From a virus (lineage: Duplodnaviria; Heunggongvirae; Uroviricota; Caudoviricetes), in the IMG/VR virus record IMGVR_UViG_3300027994_000001, positions 1-57,775 of that record: a stretch of DNA of 57,775 nucleotides. One strand, written 5' to 3'. Within the stretch, counting starts at the first letter, position 1. Each line of letters starts with the position of its first letter. The notes under the pieces are model-generated. The model searched no databases. It was not told the DNA's origin and saw only the letters and a program-made list of their open reading frames with translations. Made by a program: the position numbers and the translations under genes. This document shows, one piece after another, positions 18,838 to 28,842 of the stretch.

Positions 18838-20406
18838 ATGTGCAATAACTGCCATCAAAACAACTGCGGATGTAATGAGCCTGTTTATGATTTATGTAAT
18901 AAGTGCCCCCCACAAGAATGTGCATGCCCAATACAACTGTCAAGCAACTGTATTACTTTAGATTTAAGTGACCCTTTACCATGCAGTGGCATAGAAAGCG
19001 GATTAATACTGACAGAAGCGATACAACAGCTTGATGCTAATATGTGTGCAATCAGAGATGATATTGAAGCATCCATAAATTTAGTGAATGTGGGAACAGG
19101 GGCAGAGTTATATAAAGGAATAGATGGAATCGGCAGGAGAGAAATAAAATCAATTACTTCTACAGACAATAGTATTACAATTACAGAAAATACAGATTCT
19201 ATAAATATCGCTGTCCCAGCAGTGGATCAAAACAATTTCGTAAGACAGCTTTTTATAGATTATTTAGACTTACCTGACCCATACACACCGCAGGACATTT
19301 GTGACTATATTCTAGCTCTGCCTACAGGACAAAGAACAATAGCACCAACAGATAGTAAGTGGAATGTGATTCCTATTCAAGTAGGAGAAGGAACTTTATT
19401 TATAGAAGTGTATGAAATACAGAATAAAGGTAAAGGAATCATTACTGCACTAACCCCCGATAATCTATTATTAATTAAGGCAGAATCACCAGGACTTCAG
19501 GATGTACTATTAAAAGACAGTAACTTACCTTTTGGTAATACAATTACAGTTGAGCAAGAATTTAATATTTTCTCAGACAGTGGCACGCCTCACAATGGAA
19601 TTACGCTTAGACCATTAGCAGACTCATCACCAACAGTACCAATATATCAAGAAGGAGCGGGTATAGGAGTATCAAATCAAGAAAGAAGCTTAGCTTATTA
19701 CACAGACAGAACAGAATTTGCAGATGGTTTAAACTCCAGAGGAATTCAATATAAAGGTGACTACGAAGCTAACTTTGTAGCTAGAAGTCTAGTTACTAGT
19801 AAATACGTACTTGATAGAACCACAGGCGCAGAAACCAAAATTAACGCAGGAACTAATGTAACTGTCTCAGGAGTAGGAACAATTGCTTCTCCATATGTAA
19901 TAAATGCAAATAATGGCGGAGATGGGTCAGAAACAAAAATAAATGCAGGAACTAATATTTCTGTAACAGGTACAGGAACTATTGCAACCCCTTATGTAAT
20001 AAATAATACTTTAGTGGTAAATGGATCTGAGACAAAATTGAATTCAGGCACCACCACCACAGTTACTGGTAATGGTACGGTAGGTACTCCCTATGTTGTA
20101 GAGACAGTAAATCTTCAAAAGATTATACCTGCGACTAATTATGTTTTAACCAGCGCAGATAATAATTATGTAATTTTTATAAATAACGCATCTACGGATA
20201 TTACAATAACAGTACCTACAGGACTATCTTCTGGATTTCAATGTGGGTTTATGCAGCAAGGAGCAGGAATTGTAACTTTTACAGCTTCTGGGACAACTAT
20301 TAATACGCCAACAGGGCTTAAAATAAAAGGGCAAAACTACGATGCTTTTATAGAAAAAGTATTAGCAACTGAGGTTTACCATCTATCAGGGGACATAACA
20401 ACTTAA
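18838..20406 (+). CDS. Tail fibre-like protein with Cys-rich N-terminus and 33-aa repeats
   Basis: N-terminal Cys cluster (MCNNCHQNNCGCNEP...), SSNCI motif, three ETK(I/L)NxGT...GxGT...PYV repeats, C-terminal beta-domain. Confidence 0.65.
   Translation: MCNNCHQNNCGCNEPVYDLCNKCPPQECACPIQLSSNCITLDLSDPLPCSGIESGLILTEAIQQLDANMCAIRDDIEASINLVNVGTGAELYKGIDGIGRREIKSITSTDNSITITENTDSINIAVPAVDQNNFVRQLFIDYLDLPDPYTPQDICDYILALPTGQRTIAPTDSKWNVIPIQVGEGTLFIEVYEIQNKGKGIITALTPDNLLLIKAESPGLQDVLLKDSNLPFGNTITVEQEFNIFSDSGTPHNGITLRPLADSSPTVPIYQEGAGIGVSNQERSLAYYTDRTEFADGLNSRGIQYKGDYEANFVARSLVTSKYVLDRTTGAETKINAGTNVTVSGVGTIASPYVINANNGGDGSETKINAGTNISVTGTGTIATPYVINNTLVVNGSETKLNSGTTTTVTGNGTVGTPYVVETVNLQKIIPATNYVLTSADNNYVIFINNASTDITITVPTGLSSGFQCGFMQQGAGIVTFTASGTTINTPTGLKIKGQNYDAFIEKVLATEVYHLSGDITT
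19831..20103 (+). repeat. Three in-frame repeats with a 99-bp (33-aa) period
   Basis: Units start at 19831, 19930 and 20029: ETKINAGTNVTVSGVGTIASPYVIN / ETKINAGTNISVTGTGTIATPYVIN / ETKLNSGTTTTVTGNGTVGTPYVVE. Confidence 0.9.
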
Positions 20407-20409
20407 AGT

Positions 20410-20706
20410 ATGTGGAATTTTAAAAAACAAATCCTTAAAAAAGGAGCAGATACTGCACCATTAGGAGATTGTGTATCATTAGTTTCGTTTGACTATAAAG
20501 GTGTAGGAGATATAACTTTTAATTTTACTAACTGTGAAGGAGATCCAGATAGTTATACTTTTACAGGACTTCCAAATACAGGAGGAACATATGAGACATG
20601 GAGTACAGATGCCGCAATACCCCCTATGCCCTGCTACTTAAACGGCACACTTACAGCAAGTATAGTGAATGTAAATAATTATGTAATTGCAGAATGTATA
20701 CCATAA
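20410..20706 (+). CDS. Small beta-rich protein (98 aa)
   Basis: Intact ORF ending the fibre operon. Confidence 0.5.
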   Translation: MWNFKKQILKKGADTAPLGDCVSLVSFDYKGVGDITFNFTNCEGDPDSYTFTGLPNTGGTYETWSTDAAIPPMPCYLNGTLTASIVNVNNYVIAECIP

Positions 20707-20746
20707 AAGTTAAATATAGGTTTTTGGTCATCCTATATTAAGAAAG

Positions 20747-20773
20747 AGGAGCGTAGAAATACACTCCTTTTTT
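20747..20773 (+). terminator. Intrinsic terminator (preceded by a second hairpin at 20713-20739)
   Basis: AGGAGCGTA-GAAA-TACACTCCT plus T6; upstream AATATAGG/CCTATATT inverted repeat. Confidence 0.85.
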
Positions 20774-20782
20774 GTTTAAAAG

Positions 20783-20821
20783 TAAGTAATTTGTTAAAAC
20801 AAATAAATATAATTAAATTTG
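20783..20821 (+). promoter_or_regulatory. Bacteroidota-type promoter for the tail operon
   Basis: TAAGTAATTTG (20783-20793), 20-nt spacer, TAAATTTG (20814-20821). Confidence 0.85.
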
Positions 20822-20825
20822 CAAC

Positions 20826-21491
20826 ATGAAGAATTTAGAAATCACAAATATTATTTTAGATACTCTAAAAGCTAATTCAAAAGACAGCAGAATAAGCCGT
20901 AGACTTGTTTTATCTGTACTTGAGAGTAAAGCTAAATTTTACATAAGCCAGAAATTAAATGATAAGAGTTTATACAGGGAAGCAAATATTTATAAAGAAA
21001 TACCATGTGTAGAATTTATAAATATTGATGTTATAAAATGCCCTGTAATTGAATTTAGAACTTGTAAGACTTTAATGAGAAGTAAGTTAGAAGTTCCAGA
21101 ATTAGTATGGTCAAAATACGGACACACATTAAAAGAAGTAACAAGTATTGACGGAAATTCCACTTTTGACCCAATAACAGCAGCACAATACAGAAAAAAT
21201 AAGAGTCGAACAGGAAAAACAAATAAAAAGTATTTTTATGTTAAAGATAATTATGTTTATATACCTGATTATGAATTCTATACAGGAAACTTATATTTAA
21301 TATCACAAGATGGATATGAATTAGAGCAGTTATCTGAATGCAGTGAAAATAAATGTGACTCTGTTTGGGAGTTTGAATTTATATGCCCAAATAAAATGGA
21401 GGAAATTGTCATACAAGATACTTTAAAGCAGTTATCTCTAACAAAACAAATACAGGAAGACACAAATCCTAATTTGAACCCAAATGGCTAA
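20826..21491 (+). CDS. Ring/tail structural protein (221 aa)
   Basis: crAss-like ring-protein features (KYFYVKDNYVYI, Cys pairs); position in the tail operon. Confidence 0.5.
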   Translation: MKNLEITNIILDTLKANSKDSRISRRLVLSVLESKAKFYISQKLNDKSLYREANIYKEIPCVEFINIDVIKCPVIEFRTCKTLMRSKLEVPELVWSKYGHTLKEVTSIDGNSTFDPITAAQYRKNKSRTGKTNKKYFYVKDNYVYIPDYEFYTGNLYLISQDGYELEQLSECSENKCDSVWEFEFICPNKMEEIVIQDTLKQLSLTKQIQEDTNPNLNPNG

Positions 21492-22080
21492 GAAGTATTT
21501 AAAAAGAGATGCTGTAAAAAGAGTATTCAGATCCACCAATTACAAAAAACAAACAGCTCCAACTAAAAGGCTTCCAGAACCCATTTATGAAGTTTCCGAA
21601 AGATTCTTAAAATCGGAAATAATATTTTCTCCCAGAGCACATAAATTTTACAAACAGAAAACAAAATACAAAAAGTGCATAGCTAAGCAAAGATTATTTT
21701 TTTTAATGCGCGAATGCCTAAAAGAAATTAAAAAAAGAATGCTTGAAAATGAATCAGGAGTGTTTATAGAAGATTTTGGGTATTTTTGTATGATGAGACA
21801 TCCTGAAAGAAAGATTAGAAATTTTTACATAGATGGTAATGTATATAAAGGAAAATATTTATCAACTATGGGGTGTATGTTCAGTCCTGTATTTATGCCG
21901 ATAAGAAAGGATTACTCAATGCAGCAATGGACAATGGACAAAGCGTTTGATCAAAAATTGATTAACAGCTTGAAATACAAACTAAGAAAAAAAAATAAAA
22001 AATATCGAATGTCTTTTACTATATTAAATAATTTATATGGAAGAGAGACTTCTAAAATTGATCCCCCAATAGAGAGATGA
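21484..22080 (+). CDS. Basic IHF/HU-like protein
   Basis: Very Lys/Arg-rich; GVFIEDFGYF resembles the HU/IHF V-x-I-x-G-F-G-x-F signature; crAss-like phages carry IHF-like genes in the tail module. Confidence 0.55.
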   Translation: MAKKYLKRDAVKRVFRSTNYKKQTAPTKRLPEPIYEVSERFLKSEIIFSPRAHKFYKQKTKYKKCIAKQRLFFLMRECLKEIKKRMLENESGVFIEDFGYFCMMRHPERKIRNFYIDGNVYKGKYLSTMGCMFSPVFMPIRKDYSMQQWTMDKAFDQKLINSLKYKLRKKNKKYRMSFTILNNLYGRETSKIDPPIER

Positions 22081-22949
22081 TAACAATAGATAATGTAATT
22101 GCTGACATAACATCAGATTTAAAAATGTATGATGAGATGGGACTTATTGATGACATATCACTAGGTCTTCATTTATTAAATGAGGTTAAGGGATTTGGGG
22201 GAAACGTAATGGAAACTTATCCTGCAATACTGGAAATTAAAAATGGGCAGGCAACACTACCAGACAATTTTTTTTCTTTAGTAAAAGCAGTAAAAACAGA
22301 ACCTATAGGATGTGTTCCTGATGAAGATTGTAATGAACCTGAGCTTATAAACAGCTATTTTTACCGTGTAAGAAAAGAAGCTTCGGAGATATGGGATAAT
22401 GGCTCAAAAATACTAGAAGGAGATTATAAGTCAGTCACAGAAAAAACATATTTTTTTAATAAAGATTTAAAAGCAAATTTTCACTATGGAAATAACACCA
22501 TGCTTGAGCTAGTTCCTGGATTTGATAAAAGTAAGTTAGATTTAAAATGTGAAAACATATATGTCAAATCCTCACCCTACCATATTAATATTATAAACAA
22601 CACTTTACAAACTAATTTCTCAAAAGGATTTATATGTATGTGGTTTCAAGGACTACTTGTAGATGAAGAAACAGAAAGTGTGGTTTTACCAGAAGACCCG
22701 AATAAAAATATCTATAAGTATCTTATAGCTACAGGAAAAGCAAAGGTGTTTGAGTTGGTTTGGGCAAACGATGACGACGCGAATGTTCTAACCAAATTGC
22801 AGTTTTATAAAGGAGAAGCACAAACAGCAAAAACGCTGGCTTTAGCACAAGTCAGATTCAATTCAATAACAGGAGAAAACTGGGATGAGGGTTTAAAAGA
22901 AAGACGCGATAAAAGATTTAGAAAATATAATCACTTCGGAAGAGGATAA
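22077..22949 (+). CDS. Tail tubular/ring protein (P22 gp4-like position)
   Basis: Immediately upstream of the muzzle gene; motifs ATLPDNFFSL and YHINIINNTLQTNF typical of crAss-like tail-tube proteins. Confidence 0.55.
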   Translation: MITIDNVIADITSDLKMYDEMGLIDDISLGLHLLNEVKGFGGNVMETYPAILEIKNGQATLPDNFFSLVKAVKTEPIGCVPDEDCNEPELINSYFYRVRKEASEIWDNGSKILEGDYKSVTEKTYFFNKDLKANFHYGNNTMLELVPGFDKSKLDLKCENIYVKSSPYHINIINNTLQTNFSKGFICMWFQGLLVDEETESVVLPEDPNKNIYKYLIATGKAKVFELVWANDDDANVLTKLQFYKGEAQTAKTLALAQVRFNSITGENWDEGLKERRDKRFRKYNHFGRG

Positions 22950-22952
22950 GAC

Positions 22953-25900
22953 ATGGCAGTAAAACCAGAAATAAGAATAAACCAACCACAAAGAGGGCTT
23001 AATAGAGATCAATATAATTTAGGAGAAGCTGATTACTCAACTCTTTTGAATGGTCTTTTCGATGGTATAGATGGAGGCAGTTTCACCTTAACCAATGAGA
23101 TGTCTAACTTACTATCTTCCAGATTTAAAGCAGGATTTAAAGTAATACATGGTGTAAATGATATTTACTCAAATACCACTTATTTCTTCTTAGTTAATCC
23201 AGCTACAGGAGTAGGAGAATTTGGGCAGATAAGAAATATACAGCAAGTTCAAAACATAGAGGATATCCCCCATGATTGTGGAGACTGTCTGCAATATTAT
23301 GATTTAGCAGAACCTCTGGAAAACCAAACTCAAACTCCGTTAAACACTTATGAAACACTGTTAACTGATGAGTGCCACATAGAAAATAATGAGCCTGAAA
23401 AAGGTTTTCAGTTTTCTATAAATTCCCCTATAAAAAAATCTGTAATAAAAAATGAAAAGTGCGGAAAAACAATTTATTTTACAGATGATAACACACCTCC
23501 AAGATATATAGTTTTAGATAATTTACAGCAATATAAACAAACAGGGGATATAAATTGCGGAGTAGATGAAACAGTACCAACATGCTTAGATGCAGATAAA
23601 CTGCTTATCTTTAAAAAATATAATTTACCAGAAATAACACCTGTTTCAATAGAATTAGGCGGAAGATTAAAATTAGGAACTTATGAGTTTTTAATTGCAT
23701 ACACTGATCAATTAGGTAATGAGATATCTGAGTATACCTCAATCACCAACCCTATTCAAATATTTGATAGAAACAATGTAACATTAACTCAAAATGAGTT
23801 AGGAACACCTACTAATTTTTCTATTAAACTTAAAGTTGAAAATTTAGATAAAAGGTTTACACACTATAAAATTGCAGTTATTCAAACTACTTTAGAGGAT
23901 GTAGGAGTGACACGATTTTTCGTAGAAGGTATTCACAACATAAATGACACCACTATAATTTATGGAGGGGAACAAAATAAACAAGTTATACAATTATCTG
24001 ATTTAATAAGAGAAAATTTATACATACAACGTTGGGAATTCCTAACAGAGAGTAATAATTCTTTAATTGGCGCGGGAATAACAACAGAAAAAGAAATTAA
24101 CTTACAGCCTGTAATTAATTTCTTAGGCACTTTTTTAAAGTGGCAGACACACATAGCGAAAGAAGATTTATATAAAGACGGTGTTAAGGATGCCTTGTAT
24201 TTATCAGTGAACAGAGATGAAGTAGTTCCTTACTCTATTAGATTTCTATTGGAAGGAGGATATAAAACAGCTTTATTCCCTTTAATCAATAGAAGCGCAA
24301 AAGACAGCGACTTAGTTGAAGTAAGCGCAGAAAACAAGGATAGAAAATCTATAGAATCGAACAAAGGAGTCTGTAATAATACAGAAAGAACTAAATATTG
24401 GCAATATTATAATACAGCATCCGAAGATGAAGATTTTTGCTCTTCTGACTCATTGGAGATAATCGAAGTTCAGGAGGATATTGAAAAAAATTGCGTATAT
24501 CCAAACGTAGCAACAGTGCCTGGAACGACATTCAGTATTGAGACTACTCAAGATTATGTAGATTTAACTACTTTTATAGAAGACAATAAAGGTGAGTGTA
24601 TTACAGTTACAGATTGTAATGACATGAGTCAGGCCAATGTGTACCCTTTTTGTAATTACTTCGATCTTGACTGTTATACCGATTTAAATTGTGTACCTGA
24701 TTATAATAATTGCGACACTCCTGTTTTGCAAGAGGAAGAGCTTATTGTAGGTAAGATAGAGGGAGAATCTGCTGTTATGATAGACAGTATTTTTCCAGCA
24801 GAATATACTAAAACAAAACCGCCTCAGACTTGTAATATCTATGAGTTAGATCCAGAAACAGGAAAACCAAGAGTAGATACAGCGTTTAGAGAAGCATTCA
24901 TGGAATGTAACACTTTTCCTCCAATTCCTTTAGTGGCAGTTTTTAGAACCCAGCAATTTGAAAATCTGGAATGTGGTTATGCAGATTCAATCGCAGAAGT
25001 AACACCAGCCAGTACTTTTAATCAAGGATATTTTCATAATTACTATGGTGCTGCAACAATAGCAGAATTGCAGACTACAAAAAATACCACAGCTTCAGGA
25101 TCAGAGTGGACAAATAAACTTCATAAGGGAGTATTATGGTTCAAAGGAGATATTTTAAGCAGAGACCAATTTATTCTTGAAATATCTAAATTTAAAGAAT
25201 TAGAACCAGCAGATAATATTTCTGATGGAACAGATATACGTATATCTATTTATAATAAATGCAATTCATCTGCACCTCTTTATTCAAAAATAATTAATGC
25301 AGGAGTTGGTGAAATGCTTTTCTTTAAAAAAGATCCTACTACTTTTGAATGGACAATTACAAATGAAGCAGGCACAGTTACAAATATAGGTCAGATATCA
25401 GGTCAGAATTTTTACGTTGCAGCAGACGTAAAAATCATACCTCAAACTAATTGTGATGAAGCAGAAGTTTACAGAACTGCCCCTTTAGACGGGTGTTTTG
25501 CTGTAGTAATAAGAAACAGAGAATATTCAAGAATAGATGTGACATTCACTTCCATAAGAGTTGATAAAAAACAAACGTATATAGCAAGCTGTACTTTTAA
25601 TAAACCAGTTGCAAATGCATGCCGAGCAACACCATACAAAAAAGGAGATTTTGCTTACTGGGAGAGTCAGGAAATTTATCCAGATAATACGTCATTATAT
25701 GATTCTAGTGTAATGAAAATAAAACCTGCTGACATAAATATATTTCAGCGAGATAAATTTGAATTAGAATTTGTTGAAGGAACTACAATATCAGATGTAT
25801 TCACACCTATTTTAGATTCAGAGGGGTACTATCAGTGGAGAAAAGACGAGGTTGAAAAACCTTTAGTTAACTATACTTGCAGAAATATTCGTCATTTTAA

Positions 25901-28832
25901 ATTCCCTGATAATAAAATAAGCCCTTTTATGTATGAGAATCCTCAGTTAGCTCAGAGTGATTCAGTGATATACCCTTTAGGTATCACCATAGATGAGACA
26001 ACTATAAATTCATTTCTAGATATCGCTGTAAATAATGGTCTTTTATCACAGGAAAAAAGAAATCAAATAGCTGGCTACGAGATATTTCGAGGAGATATAA
26101 ATCAAGACAGGAGTATACTTTCATCAGGATTACTTTTTGATATGAGAAAGTACACCGATCAGAATGATCAAACACAATCTATATATTATTCCAGCTACCC
26201 ATATAATGATTTAGGAAGTGACATTTTGAATTACACAGACAGTAATAGAAATGCTTACATCCCTCATATTTACAATGGAATAAAGAATGAGAAGTTCACT
26301 TACCACAGCCCAGAAACCGACTATTACAGATATACCTTACCTACAGAAATGTCTGTACAGGGGTATGTATTCGGACAAACAGATAACAGCCACTTTAATG
26401 AAGTAACAGATCACCCTAAATTTGTAATTTTAACTAGAAAGGCTAAAGACTTAGCAGGGGTGTTAGCAGGACTAGAGGCAGCTACAGAGCTGGCGGTAGC
26501 TCTGGCAAATGCAGGAGAAAATTATCGAATAGATGCAGGGTTTGTTGTATCAGTGAATCCCGCAGGAATCGTACTTTCAATTATAGCAGCAGCATTAGGA
26601 GCGATAAGTTCTGTGGTAGTTAATTATGGGAGATATAGATTAGACTGGTTAAAAGCTTTTAGAGATTTAGGACAGCCTGAAAACTTTTCTTCTTATTTTC
26701 ATTCTAGTGCAAAATACAATTACTTACAATTATTACAGGAAAATCAAAATCAGTTAAGATCACTACACTCAGCAAAGTATTTAAAAGAAGGTAATTTCAC
26801 TCAGGTAGATGATGTGACGGGAGAAAAAATAACTATAAATAATTTAGACAGAGAAAAATCAGTTTTACTAACACTAGGTTTAGACAACGCTTTAGAATAC
26901 CCTGAAGAATATATAAGTTTTGATAACAACACAATAGATACAAATACAGCCTCTTTAACTACAGCGAGTCAGAATAATGCATGTACAACAGGAGTAAGTA
27001 AAATAATTAAAAAAAATGTAGCAAGTCCATACGTAGCTTTAAAAAACTACTTACCTTCTCAATATGGTACTGTGAATTCTATAAAATGGCTGTCAACAGG
27101 ATATCGCGGAGATTTAAAAAATCCTAAAACAACTTGTTTATCCATTTTTGGAGGAGATACCTTTATTTCAAGACATACCCTAAAAAGAAAAATGCCGTTA
27201 TTCACAACAACTGCATTCGGGGAAGCAAACTTAACACCATTTAATTATAAGTTCTATGCTAACATAGGGAGAGAGCCGAGATTTTATGTGGATTATGAGG
27301 TTATTACGGATTATAGAAGACAATCGGCCTTATTTCCAGATATTGATTATGATTTGAAATTTGATTGTGAAACTAAAAAAACTAATTATTACAGACCGCC
27401 AAGTAAATTTTATTTATATTATTATGGGGTACCTGATTTTTTAACTGAGACCAGAATAAATACGTGGAATAGAACAGCAGAACCAACATTAGAAAGAAAT
27501 TTTTATCCTAATACAGGAGACACTTCTGAATGGACGCAGGAAAAAAATGTATCAATAAAAAGAGGAGAATTCTTCTTCTATAATCAAATATATTCTAAAT
27601 CTGTAACAACAACTGCTTATAGAACATTATCGGACACCTTTGATCAGTCTCAGAGTGATTGCCGTAATGATAAACCTAATGGCATAATGTGGTCACAGCC
27701 AGACAACAGCGAAAACAATTACAATGACCCTTATTTAAGTTACAAACCCCTAGATTTTTATGAGTTTGACAGTAAGTATGGAAAACTGAAAGATATCCGC
27801 ACCATAGAAAGAGAGCAAATACTGGTTAGGCAAGAAAACGCAACTTCTTTATTTAATGCAATAGACGTAGCGGTAGATGACGGTAAAAGAGCAGAATATA
27901 GAAATTTAGCATCCGCATTTGCAAGAAGACCTATGACTTATTCAGAAACTGATTTAGGATTTGGAGGCACACAATCTTCACAATCTGTCAGCTGTGAATT
28001 TGGTCATTACTCTGTTGACGCTAAGAGAGGGCAGGTAATTGAAATACCAAGTGGAGGGCAGGGGATGAATGAAATATCCAGCCTTATAAATGGAAAACCA
28101 AGTGGAATGAGAAATTGGTTCAAAGAACACCTCCCATTTAAAATCCTAAAATCCCAAATAGCAAATATAAGCGATTTAGACACAGATAATGCAATAAATG
28201 GAGTTGGTATAGCAATGGGGTATGATAGTCGATTCAGACGCGTATTTATAACTAAAAAAGACTATATCCCTAAAGTTGATCCTTGTCTAAAGTTTGACAA
28301 AAATATTGGCTTTTATACGGATTGCGGGGAGTCAGTGATAACATGCCCTACAGGATACACTTACAACGTGGAAACAGAAATGTGTGAAAAAGTAACTGTC
28401 AGCGGAACAATCTGCCCTAATGGTTATGAATATGATATGGAAACGCAGACTTGTACTGTAACAACGCAGACACCTGCTAATTGTGATGATTTACCCAGAA
28501 CTCAATTACCGCTTGTAAAAGGATGCAGTGATGCTCCTGGTGATCCATTTATAGATATTTCAGGAATGACCCCTGCGGATGCAAAATGCGTTTACCTAGA
28601 AAATACATTTGGATTACAAAGTATTAGTGTATACATAAACACTGAACCATTATATGTTGGGCAGCCATTATACATAAGTTTAAGTACGGGAAATACTTTA
28701 CTTACAGATTTTGAAGGAACATGTGTTGTTTATTTTAGTAACCCGCCGACTAACTCAGCAGAAAAAATACTAACAGTAAGCGCAGGACATATTACGTCAG
28801 TGACAAATATTACTTCATTACCAACTTGTTAA
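22953..28832 (+). CDS. Tail stabilisation/muzzle protein, N-terminal part (P22 gp10-like)
   Basis: 1959 aa; crAss muzzle-like segments (GYEIFRGD, FGGDTFISR, TDLGFGGTQS, GYDSRFRRVFITKKDY); Cys-rich insertions. Confidence 0.75.
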   Translation: MAVKPEIRINQPQRGLNRDQYNLGEADYSTLLNGLFDGIDGGSFTLTNEMSNLLSSRFKAGFKVIHGVNDIYSNTTYFFLVNPATGVGEFGQIRNIQQVQNIEDIPHDCGDCLQYYDLAEPLENQTQTPLNTYETLLTDECHIENNEPEKGFQFSINSPIKKSVIKNEKCGKTIYFTDDNTPPRYIVLDNLQQYKQTGDINCGVDETVPTCLDADKLLIFKKYNLPEITPVSIELGGRLKLGTYEFLIAYTDQLGNEISEYTSITNPIQIFDRNNVTLTQNELGTPTNFSIKLKVENLDKRFTHYKIAVIQTTLEDVGVTRFFVEGIHNINDTTIIYGGEQNKQVIQLSDLIRENLYIQRWEFLTESNNSLIGAGITTEKEINLQPVINFLGTFLKWQTHIAKEDLYKDGVKDALYLSVNRDEVVPYSIRFLLEGGYKTALFPLINRSAKDSDLVEVSAENKDRKSIESNKGVCNNTERTKYWQYYNTASEDEDFCSSDSLEIIEVQEDIEKNCVYPNVATVPGTTFSIETTQDYVDLTTFIEDNKGECITVTDCNDMSQANVYPFCNYFDLDCYTDLNCVPDYNNCDTPVLQEEELIVGKIEGESAVMIDSIFPAEYTKTKPPQTCNIYELDPETGKPRVDTAFREAFMECNTFPPIPLVAVFRTQQFENLECGYADSIAEVTPASTFNQGYFHNYYGAATIAELQTTKNTTASGSEWTNKLHKGVLWFKGDILSRDQFILEISKFKELEPADNISDGTDIRISIYNKCNSSAPLYSKIINAGVGEMLFFKKDPTTFEWTITNEAGTVTNIGQISGQNFYVAADVKIIPQTNCDEAEVYRTAPLDGCFAVVIRNREYSRIDVTFTSIRVDKKQTYIASCTFNKPVANACRATPYKKGDFAYWESQEIYPDNTSLYDSSVMKIKPADINIFQRDKFELEFVEGTTISDVFTPILDSEGYYQWRKDEVEKPLVNYTCRNIRHFKFPDNKISPFMYENPQLAQSDSVIYPLGITIDETTINSFLDIAVNNGLLSQEKRNQIAGYEIFRGDINQDRSILSSGLLFDMRKYTDQNDQTQSIYYSSYPYNDLGSDILNYTDSNRNAYIPHIYNGIKNEKFTYHSPETDYYRYTLPTEMSVQGYVFGQTDNSHFNEVTDHPKFVILTRKAKDLAGVLAGLEAATELAVALANAGENYRIDAGFVVSVNPAGIVLSIIAAALGAISSVVVNYGRYRLDWLKAFRDLGQPENFSSYFHSSAKYNYLQLLQENQNQLRSLHSAKYLKEGNFTQVDDVTGEKITINNLDREKSVLLTLGLDNALEYPEEYISFDNNTIDTNTASLTTASQNNACTTGVSKIIKKNVASPYVALKNYLPSQYGTVNSIKWLSTGYRGDLKNPKTTCLSIFGGDTFISRHTLKRKMPLFTTTAFGEANLTPFNYKFYANIGREPRFYVDYEVITDYRRQSALFPDIDYDLKFDCETKKTNYYRPPSKFYLYYYGVPDFLTETRINTWNRTAEPTLERNFYPNTGDTSEWTQEKNVSIKRGEFFFYNQIYSKSVTTTAYRTLSDTFDQSQSDCRNDKPNGIMWSQPDNSENNYNDPYLSYKPLDFYEFDSKYGKLKDIRTIEREQILVRQENATSLFNAIDVAVDDGKRAEYRNLASAFARRPMTYSETDLGFGGTQSSQSVSCEFGHYSVDAKRGQVIEIPSGGQGMNEISSLINGKPSGMRNWFKEHLPFKILKSQIANISDLDTDNAINGVGIAMGYDSRFRRVFITKKDYIPKVDPCLKFDKNIGFYTDCGESVITCPTGYTYNVETEMCEKVTVSGTICPNGYEYDMETQTCTVTTQTPANCDDLPRTQLPLVKGCSDAPGDPFIDISGMTPADAKCVYLENTFGLQSISVYINTEPLYVGQPLYISLSTGNTLLTDFEGTCVVYFSNPPTNSAEKILTVSAGHITSVTNITSLPTC

Positions 28833-28842
28833 AATAAAAATT

